NCBI GenBank assembly: GCA_035221665.1
Contig: CM069155.1
Span: forward strand, 29,388,001 to 29,452,000
Reading direction: 5' to 3'
DNA from: Okamejei kenojei
Lineage: Eukaryota
DNA length: 64,000 nucleotides
A program made the translations under genes and the position numbers. A model generated the notes under the pieces. The model searched no databases and was not told the DNA's origin. It saw only the letters and a program-made list of their open reading frames with translations. Each line of letters starts with the position of its first letter. The first letter of the stretch is position 1. Below are positions 13,086 to 22,916 of this stretch, piece by piece.

Positions 13086-14141
13086 CTTGAAAAGATCATC
13101 ATTGTTGATTTCAAAATTAGGATTCTTACAATTCAACCAGAGTAGATTAGTGAAAAACTATCCATTCACTTAATAATTGCAGCCAAATGACAGATTACAT
13201 CTAGTGTTTGAATTTGCATTGCAGTTTCATTTGTATGCATTGAAATCTTCAGACTGACCTGTCAGATCTTTGCAAAATTGGTCTCAAATGGCAAAGTGGG
13301 GAAGCTGTTGGCAAGATATGTTTAACACCAGGCTCCAAGTTGGGAGTGCAAAATGGTGGTCAATGGTCTGCAAAATCGATTTCAAATCCAGGAAACACTC
13401 AATCAATTATTCTTACAATGCAAATGAGCCAAATTTCGGCAGTCACCAAAAGAAATCGCCAAATTGAATAGGCCCTTTAGGTCTGAAAAAAAAAACTCTT
13501 TCATTTTGCATAGAGATTGCCTACTGCTATATGTTTCCAGCATGTAATGTTTTTATTTCAGTATTTTGGCAATTGCAGTTTTTTGATTCACCACTGCTAA
13601 TATTCTTGAAGTAATTGAAGATATGTTGGTCTGAGACAAGGCCTGAGAAACTCCAGCAGTGTTATCTTGGGATTGGGTTGATGATTTCCAACGTCCGCAA
13701 CATTTAAAAAAAAATCCACAGTTTTACCCAGTCCGTGAGATTTCTCATTCTTGGTTCTTGGTCCTCCAAAATATTCCAACTGGAATTTAAACTGGAGGTG
13801 GTGAAGGGAGGGGTTCCTATTAGTCTACTCTATATTCAAACACTACTCAGTCAAACACTGCACTTAAGATGAAGACATTCTCAATCCAGCTTTGGAATTT
13901 AGCACATTTTCCATGGAGTCAAGTGGGCTGTGGCCAAACACAAAATGAGCATTAATGAACAGGTCAGTGGTGAATGTGCAGTGGGAATGGGTTTTATGTG
14001 ATGCCGTCATGCACGACACATTTAATCACTTTATTAATGATTGTATCCTTTGCGAGGCACTACTTATAATTTTATTGAATGAAGAAGTAATTCCTTTTGT
14101 TACAAGCCCAGTGTGGCAACACAGGGCTTTTTAGTTTAAGA

Positions 14142-15176
14142 CTAGACCAAGTGCAGACCCGTTGGGTCTGCTCCCCAAATGCAAGATTCCACATCTCACT
14201 CGTTCCCCCGACGCAAGTCGTTCCCCTAATGCAATACTCCACCACTCATGCATAGCCCCCAATTGCGCAGGCGCGGCTCATTCCTCCTCATCCCCCAGCA
14301 CTCCATCCTCCTCCTCTTTTTCACCCTCCCCTCTTCAATCCCCAGAGAGGGAGGGGGGTGGAGAGGGAGAGGGGTAGAGAGGGAGGGGTAGATAGGGAGG
14401 GGGCATCTCACTCCTCCATCCCTCCCCATCTCCCTCCTCCACACACCCCCCCCTCCCTCTACCACCCCATTCTCCACCCCATCTCCCTCTTCCTCATTTC
14501 CCTCATCCTCCTCCCCTCACTCCCATTCCCTGCCCCAGGACCTACCCAGGTCGTAGAGCAGCAGCAGGTCCTGGAACTCGGCCTGGTTCTCGTACTCAGC
14601 CCAGCCCCGGCTGTAGACACCAGCTGCCAGCTCAGCCACTGCTTGGGCTATAGTGCAGGCTACGACTTCATTTCCGGGCTCGTCCCTGACCATGGACCCC
14701 AGCTCATCCTTGGTTCCAGTGGCGGCATCTTTTTTGGCCCCGGTCAAGGCCCCATCCCAAGCCCCGGGCTCGGCGCTCTCTCCAGCTCCAGCTCCAGCAC
14801 CACCCTCCCCACCAAAGATCCGACTGGGCGTCAGGCGCTTGCAGCCGTCGCCACGTGAACACTGGAGTGCCCCACCCTCCTGCCTTGTGAGTGCATTGTG
14901 ATGTCACTCGTGTTTTTTTCCGAAATAGGTGAGTTTTCGGACTGTTTTTAAAACTTCAAATTATTAAAAAGTTTGGAAATATAGGTGGGAATGCAACCAG
15001 AAAATGCTTATCGCCTCGACGGGAAAAATGTGAATGGAATGTGCGAAAATGGGAAGGCTGTGGCCCTGTGTTTGGAAGAAAATAGGAAAATTAACCAGAT
15101 TCTCACTCACACACACACACAGCCACAGCCACACACACAGCCACAAACAAGACGAAGAATTTTAGTATTATGTAGA
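14142..15176 (-). mobile_element. Non-autonomous Helitron (~1035 bp) with GC-rich cargo
   Basis: Minus strand: A|TCTACATAATACTAAAA 5' end; 3' hairpin GCAGACCC-AAC-GGGTCTGC followed by CTAG|T; inserted between A and T with no TSD. Confidence 0.85.
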
Positions 15177-15653
15177 TTAGGAAAAGAGTGCCACCTGGTG
15201 GATTCTTGGAAGTTTCGCATGCTGTGAAGACTTGCAAAGCCAATCAACGTAAGGTTTATTGAGGCACATTTAAGTCTGTAAATACGGGCCAAGAACAGTA
15301 ACAGAGTGAGCAGCATACATTTGGCCGCGGATTCAGCACCCATTCCAGTGCCACCAGAAAACCAAATGTTACCTTTTGAATACTTTAGACAAAATGCAAT
15401 GCACTTTTAATCTATCAATTCCATTAGAAAGATTGAATTTACAGAAATCACGTTCCGCATGGGGAGGTTTTCCCCAACCCTGTGTTAAAAATCAGGCTGA
15501 TTACTTCATTTCTGCAAGTCAATTCCCCATCCACTCAGACAAAATATTTAACAATTTGTAGTTTTATTCCTTGAAAAAAATATTTCTCCAGGTTCCACAG
15601 TCTAGATACTCATACTATTAACATCCCACTCTTGACATCACCTTTGGTGAATC

Positions 15654-15850
15654 CGAGACACAAGGAACTGTAGATGCTGGAAACTTGAGTAACACAGAGT
15701 GCTGGAGTAAATCAGTGCGTCGGGCAGCATCACTGGAGGACATGGATAGACGACATTTCGGGTCCGACCCCAAACGTCGCCAATCTAGGGCCCCCAGGGA
15801 TGCTGCCTGACCCGCGGAGTTACTCCAGCACTTTGAGTTTTACTTTTAGT
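15654..15850. mobile_element. Inverted pair of Penelope-like terminal-repeat fragments
   Basis: Minus and plus copies of the GAAACGTC...GATGCTGCCTGACCCGC..GAGTTACTCCAGCA motif joined at ~15760. Confidence 0.7.
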
Positions 15851-16097
15851 AAATACAGATTAGTGCCCAAAACAGACCAGACACCTAATTTTGTCCCAAT
15901 TACCTGTGACCTTATGACCTTATATCTAGTCAAACAAGCAAACGCTCCATGTATCCGTACCTCTCCTGATTGTAATGTGCTTTAGTTTCATTGACACTGA
16001 TGAGAATACATTTTAGAAAGAAGGAAAACATATGGAATAGCGAAGAGCCAGGAACGAAAGATACATTTATTGTTCCTTGTGGTAGCTACTCACTTAC

Positions 16098-16178
16098 CAT
16101 TTCCTTGGCGTGTGGTTAGTCCATTGGCGCTTTTAAATGAATCTTGAAGTTCTTTAACATCAACAGAAATCTTCATAT
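16098..16178 (-). CDS. Neck exon (YMKISVDVKELQDSFKSANGLTTRQGN)
   Basis: Acceptor TTTTCAATATGTAG, donor G|GTAAGT; 81 bp, phase 1-1, open. Confidence 0.78.
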
Positions 16179-17989
16179 CTACATATTGAAAAGTGTGTTA
16201 TATTTCAGAAACAAAACCTGCTTACAATCAGAAGTAATTAACTGGTCAGCTTTACCATTGAACGAATACAGAATGCGCAACATAGCAATTTGACAGTTCT
16301 CTGAGTGCATCCCACGAATCTGCAGCCGGTTATTATAATGAAAGCACGCAGTTTTACTGTCAGAAGAAGACTGTGGAGATGGATTTTTCCATCGAAATAA
16401 ATGGACTGGTGAGGCATTTGAAATGTCCTCTTTGCCTTCATAATAATGAAGCTGAAATTAACAGGCTTAGCCCGAACCCGTGACGGGCTAATAATAGAAT
16501 TATTTTGAAGACGGGGTTTTCTATTCTATTGACGGTTGATACAAAGGCTGGGCCGGTAGGCGTGACAGAATTCGTAAAGTGTTAAATGGAATGTGTTCTT
16601 CTTGGGTTCAATGTGGCAAAGTTCCAGCTGATGCCAAGAACAGCCACACAGGAGCCGTCATGCCCGTCCCTTCGGTCCACCAACCAACCGCTCGTTCGTA
16701 AGCACCGGCCGAGCGCTGGTGAGACGGGTATTATCGCCACCGCAGCTCCGTAAACGACGGTTTGAAAAATATCATAGCTGGCCAGAACGATCCCGAGTTA
16801 TTCTTTCACCTTGATGATATGTTATCACATGTGAAACGTTAATTCTCCACGGATGCTGCCCTGATTGGTGAGATGTCCAGCATTTTCTGCCTCTGTTCCT
16901 TGAGGTTGAATAGTGAACAAATTTACACAATGATTGCATTTAGATAGTTAAATTAAAGTGTCCACTTTCTGGTGGATGTTTATATTCGAAACAAGAGGGA
17001 AGTAGATGAAACGATTGATGTTTCAAGAAGCGGTTGGTGTTTGCTAAGTCGCAAGTATCAACTGGTACCTTTTTATTACGGGTCACACCTGAAGCTGGAT
17101 AATGGATTCTGCACAATTCATGGTATCAGGTAATGAATTAATAGATTGAATGATACAGCATGGAAACAGCCTCTTCGGCCCACCTAGCCCATGCCAATCA
17201 TCGATTACCCGTACACACAAGGTCTGTGTTATAACACTTTCTCATCCATTCCCTACCCACTAGGGGCAATTTACAGAACCCAAATGAGCGTACAATGCAG
17301 GCTGTGCAAAGAAACCGAAGCACCCAGTGTAAACCAACGCGGTTACAAGGATAACGTGCAATGTCCACATTGACAGCATCCAAGGTTATTTTGAACAAGG
17401 ATCTCTGACGTTGCGAGGCAGCAGCTCTTCCAGCTGTACAAAATATGGCAAACAAAATGGATTTTGTATTGTCCTTGATAGTGCACGTAAAATGCATAGA
17501 ACGCATCGCAGCGTTCACAAAAGCGGCTGAATTCACATTCGGGCGCAATATTCATGCGCTCGGTGAAAGCTTGCGTTAAGGAGGCGCCGATGGTTCATGA
17601 AAATTCTCGCGTTTGCCTCTGGCAAATCGATGTAATATTAAACTGCTAGCCCGTGTGTAAGGGATCGTCAGAGGCGCCGTTTGGACTGCAATGCCAATTA
17701 TGAGATGATTGGAGCAGATTGGAAAAAGCCAACATGCATGAACGTTGAAAGCCAGGGTCACCTTGAGTGAAACTAGTAACGTCTTTGCCCCGCGTCTAGT
17801 GTCACATTGACAGACACATGTAACGCCCTTGGTCTGTTGGTGCAGCTTGATTCTATCACCAGTTCTAGTGTATTAGTCCTCGCTGATGTAATATAATTGC
17901 TCCCCAAAAAACCGCGCTGAAAGCCATTCCCAACCCCACCTATTTCCCTCTCTCAGTAGAGGTGGTGGGGTGACTCAGTTGGCAAAGAA

Positions 17990-18800
17990 AAACATCAAAT
18001 CCTTAGCAAAAAAAAAAATGACACAGGATCAGAAGATGTAGAATGCCTGTGGGTAGGGTTAAGAAACTGCATGGGTAAAAAGACACTGATGGGAATTATA
18101 TCCAGGCTTCCGAATAGTAGTCACGACAAAATACGTCAGGATGTAGTAAATACATGGAAGAAGGCAATGTTACGGTGGTCATGGGGGATATCAATATGCA
18201 GGTAGAATGGGAAAGTCAGGTTCCCATTCTACCTGCATCCCAAGTCTAGATTCCAAGAGAAGGAATTTGTAGAATTGCTATGAGATGGCTTTTTAGAGCA
18301 GCTCCTGGTCGAGCCCTCCAGGGAAAAGACAATTCTGGATTTGGAGTTGTATAATGAAACAGATTTGATTAGGGATCTTAAAGTGAAGGAACCCCTAGGA
18401 GCAAGTGATCATAATTTGATAAAAATAAAACTTGTAGTTTGAGAAGGAGAAGGCAAAATCGGATGTATTGAGTAAAGGTAACTACAGAGGCATGAGAGAG
18501 GAGCTGGCTATAGTTGATTGGAAGGGGACCATCGCAGGAATGACGGTGGAGCAGCAATGGCAGGTGTTTCCGGGAACAATTCTGAAGACGTTGGATCTTT
18601 TTCATCCCAAAGAGGAATGCACATACCAAGGGGAGAATAAGACCACCATAGCTAAGAAAGGAAGTCAAAGACAGCAGAAAAGCAAAAGTGAAGGCATATA
18701 ATACAATAATGATTAGCGGGCAGCTAGAGGATTAGGTAGCCTTTAAAAACCAACAGAAGGCAACTAAAAAAGCAATAAGCAGCGAAAAGATGAAATATGA
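17990..18800 (+). mobile_element. CR1 endonuclease-region fragment
   Basis: Degenerate similarity to the APE domain of the CR1 copies elsewhere in the window. Confidence 0.75.
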
Positions 18801-18935
18801 GAAAACCCACGCGGTTCACGGGGAGAACGTACAAACTCCGTACAGACAGCCTCCGTAGTCGGGATCGAACCCGGCTCTCTGGCGCTGCAAGCGCTGTAAG
18901 GCAGGAACTCCACCGCTGCGCCACTGTGCCGCCCT
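18801..18935 (-). mobile_element. tRNA-derived SINE head (HE1-like)
   Basis: Minus strand GGGCGGCACAGTGGCGCAGCGG...GGTTCGATCCC (A and B boxes). Confidence 0.8.
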
Positions 18936-19758
18936 GATCTGACATAGCGGACTCGACGGGACGAATGGCCCAATTCTACTCCAATGCCATGGTCTACTAG
19001 AAGTCCTCTCTGAAATGTTCAGGTCAGAGTAATCACCTTATTGAAAAGGCTGGCCATGAAAGCCTCTACGCTACATGATTTTTTTCAGCAGCGCTGGACT
19101 ATGTGAGCAGCAGCTAATAATTTCCGTAGAAGTTCTCAAGCGGAGAACTGATTGAATCCACTGGAGAACGTAATGTTCCCCAAATATCCCAAACCAACAC
19201 TGTTGCAGTGCAGTATTTACTACCACATGGAAAGAGCAGAGCGTACAATTACAGACGCACAGTTTAAGAGTGGGATACCGATATCTTTGATCGCCCCGCC
19301 CATTCAAATTCTAAAGCGATTTGTCAATATTCGCTTTAAATGATCTGTATAGACAAGCTGAGCGCGTTTTCTCGTATTAGAGAGCGTGAGAGTGATTTAT
19401 CTGACAGAGAGCCTATTGCTTCCTATGTCACACCTCCCGAGAACAGAAACATTACCCATTGGAACGTGGTGAGCAGACAATTTAGATGGGTTAAATATAC
19501 CGCAGAATTCACAAACAGTGGTGGAATTTGTGCTTGGCAGAAGGTAGACTGGTAGCAAGTTATGCAGAAATATGGATAGACAATAGTTCGATGGGGTGGG
19601 GGTGTCGCCAAGCGGAAAGTGTGGTATCGGGCGCCGATTAGGGTAGGCTCTGTTGGCATCGATTAATTATTGGCGGGGCGTATAACTGATCGCACGCACC
19701 ATGCTGCCTGTTATAAATCGCAGAGGGACATGTATTCTGCCAGAAGAACAATACTTAC

Positions 19759-19872
19759 ATGCAACAATGGACAATGCTGTGAGTACTCCCAGGCCAATCA
19801 GACACAACGTGACAGTGACCTTCACAATTATTTCCCCTTGCCTCGGTTTCATCAATCGAGTCCATTCTGAGC
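19759..19872 (-). CDS. Type II membrane receptor, exon 2 (TM: GSEWTRLMKPRQGEIIVKVTVTLCLIGLGVLTALSIVA)
   Basis: Acceptor ATACATTCAG, donor T|GTAAGT; 114 bp, phase 1-1; ~22-residue hydrophobic stretch with basic residues on its N-terminal side. Confidence 0.8.
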
Positions 19873-19955
19873 CTGAATGTATATTGAAATTAATTGAAAT
19901 TAAGCAGTACATAATTTCATACTGCAAGTGTCTACACAATTGACATAATAATTAC

Positions 19956-20037
19956 CGGTCTTGAATAATACCGAGTTTTCGTTGTCACAAATGCATAAAT
20001 TCTGCAAGGCGTCGTTAGAAGGATTTTCGAGGGCCAT
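19956..20037 (-). CDS. Type II membrane receptor, exon 1 (cytoplasmic: MALENPSNDALQNLCICDNENSVLFKT)
   Basis: ATG at 20037, ~55 bp downstream of TATAA; 27 codons +1; phase-1 donor G|GTAATT; an 83-bp intron joins it in frame to the TM exon. Confidence 0.65.
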
Positions 20038-20091
20038 TCGATCTGATTGACTGGCGTGTACGAATACGAGTGCAACAGCTGAACCTTCCCG

Positions 20092-20117
20092 TTATAAGTG
20101 AAGTGAAAAGTTCCTCT
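20092..20117 (-). promoter_or_regulatory. Promoter of the type II receptor gene: Ets/PU.1 + IRF-like + TATA
   Basis: Minus strand reads AGAGGAAC-TTTTCACTTCACT-TATAA immediately upstream of exon 1. Confidence 0.45.
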
Positions 20118-20512
20118 TGCTTCTGTTTTGCTGCCATAGCGATTATAAAGTAGAAACTTTGCTGAGTGTTTCAAATCATGAACTGTAATTGAACTGAAGA
20201 AAGTACGTTGACAAGTTGCCAAGTTTTAAAAAGGAACTGAGAATGTGTGAGCAAATGCCATGCATTCGGAGGCAATCACAATAAAGCCAAAGCATAATAA
20301 GGACAAAGCAATATGACACTGTTTATGTGTTTATTGCGCTATAATTCTGAGGTCTCGACCCGAAACGTTACTTATCCAAGTTCTCCAGAGATGCTGCATG
20401 ATCCGCTGAGTAACTCCAGCACTTTGTGTATTTTTGAATAATAAACCTATCACCTCCCCCCCCCCCCCAAATAAAATCCCATAGGCAAGATTACTGCTTG
20501 GCGCATTGCACG

Positions 20513-20516
<4 letters not shown>

Positions 20517-20596
<80 letters not shown>
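20517..20596. repeat. (CA)n microsatellite
   Basis: About 40 perfect CA units. Confidence 0.98.
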
Positions 20597-20599
<3 letters not shown>

Positions 20600-21939
20600 T
20601 TCTTTTATAACACCAAGATGACTAAATCTATCTGCAAAATCCCCTTTCCTGGTTAGTCATAGCCTATATGAATGCGAGGCAGAAATAACCCGGCAGGTAA
20701 TTTTACGGAAACGACGTTTCCTTCACTTTCAAATCAGGGTGAAATGTAGAGATTTCTAAATTATGTAAAGTTGGCCGTGTGTCTGACACTGAGAAGGAAA
20801 CATTAGATTGCTGTTCTGTTAGATAGAAAAGTAGGAGATTAAATTTAAATCAGAGCCATGTAAGGCCATGTACTAGAGAAGGAAATACTCAATCTTTGTT
20901 TAAACTAGTGTGGATTGGAGGAACAAACGGATCATGTAGTGCACGTCCACAGACCATTACCGCTTTCAAGCTAAGTCACGGAGATGGCTGAAACGGAATA
21001 CGGAATGCCGTCCGTTATAAACTAGGATATAGAACATTAAAGTAAGGAATTCATATTAGACCTGTGTACTATGCGAGTTAGACCACCGTCTGGGTTATGT
21101 ATCCAGTTCTGGTCAGAACATTGCACAGGATAGTTTTACGAGCACGTTGCCACACTGGAAAATTGTAGCTGAGTGGAAAGATTGCTTGGGCTTGGGTTGT
21201 TTTATATAGAAAAAATAAGCTAAATTGGGATTGAATTGAGCTGTATTATCATTGGTAGAGTCAATCGAAAATATTTTTCAGCAGAAGATTCAAAACGGAG
21301 GGGGAATAGATCTAAGATGTTAGCAGGAGATTCAGAACATTTGTTCACCCAGTGTCGTGAAGGCATAGAGATATAGAGCCATATAGCGTGGAAACAGGTC
21401 CATCGGCGTAACTTGCCCACATCGACCAACAATGATGAATGGTTATGTTTGTGTGGCAGAGTAATAAACCCCCGTCATGCTTGCAAAATACTTGGGCATC
21501 ATTCGAAGAAGAATGACCCGCAGGGCTCTGGATCAAGCGTTGGACCGGCATAGGCATGATGGATAAATGGCCTCCTCTGCAGCAGATATTCTAAGATTCA
21601 CCATCAGTATAATAAAAAAGATGATAATTGTTTTTCTCGCTCCTAATTATACAAATAATACATGCTGGCTTGCAATATGACATTATTTATTCCTTCCATA
21701 TTCAACAATAACTTGAATAGTCAAAGTATCTTCTTTGACGTGGGGCAATATGATGAGTTGGTGGGTGCCCATCCTGATTTCTATTATATTTTTATTTCAA
21801 CAGCAACCCCCCATGTCAACATTGTCAAAAACAAATGATCGGACAGTATCTGTCTTTAGACAACTAATAATGATTTATGTGCTGCTCCAAACATGGCACA
21901 TTTACCGTCCGAGTTACAAGTGCAGTCTCTGTTGAAATT

Positions 21940-22230
21940 GGGCGGCGTAGCGCTGGCATAGTGGTGCAGGAATATAGTGCTACCTCATAGCGTCTGATCC
22001 GGGTTCGATCCTGTCAACGGTTGCTGTCTGTACGGAGTTTGTACGTGGATAGCCGCGTGGGATTTCTCCGGGTGCTCTTGTTTCCTCCCACATTTCAAGG
22101 ACGTGCAGGTTTGTAGGTTAATTGACTTCTGAAATTGTCCCTAGTGTGCAAGATAGACCTAATATACGAGCGGTCGGTGGGCCGAAGGGGCCTGTTTCCA
22201 CGCTATATTTCTAAACTAAACGAAACTATT
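21940..22230 (+). mobile_element. tRNA-derived SINE (HE1-like)
   Basis: B-box GGTTCGATCC, conserved core, tail CTAAACTAAA. Confidence 0.75.
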
Positions 22231-22916
22231 GTGTAGTTTCCCTGATGTTGTAACACTTATGGCAATTCTGTCTACGCTGGTATCGCTGATTAAAAGTAAC
22301 ACTTGGTAATATTCTTGATAACACTTGATCACACTTGGCAATATTCTTTGACTGGCAAAGAATATTGCCCCAACTAATGTGAAAGAAATGGGACGAGGTA
22401 CTTTAGATTATTACACCAACTATTCCACACAATGAGAACTTGATTGATTCTACATCCTAACCAAAAGGCTCCACATTCTTCCATAAATATAACATATCAA
22501 ATCCACACTAATCTGGTCTACCAGTTTCCACACTAATCTGGATGCAGTTATTGTGCATCAACGTTAGAAATCTGTACGGGAAATATATTTCTACTTGATA
22601 ACTTCCCTTTTAGTTTGTGATAGTCCACTTGCTATCGATATAAACAGAGGAATACTGTTAAGATGTTTCAAAGTGAAAGAAATAAATGCTTTATGTGCAT
22701 TGTCACTTAAGGACATAATTTAATTGCAAGTTGCAAAGTGATATCGGATTCAAATCGTGTAATGGAATGTATGGGTTGCATAACAATTTGTTTGCAGGCA
22801 GCTTCTTGTTCAGTGTGTAGCAAAACGATCAATTGGGGTTGTAGAGGAATAATGCCAAAGACGGGACAAATCTGCCTCATATTTCAGACTGGTTATTTGG
22901 CCCAGCTTTTCATGCA

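Noticed and set aside
13592-13642. Additional 51-bp phase 1-1 minus-strand exon (GLVSDQHIFNYFKNISS)
   Set aside because: Open and in phase, but it has a weak donor (GTGAAT), a short pyrimidine tract and no heptad pattern; not included without transcript data.
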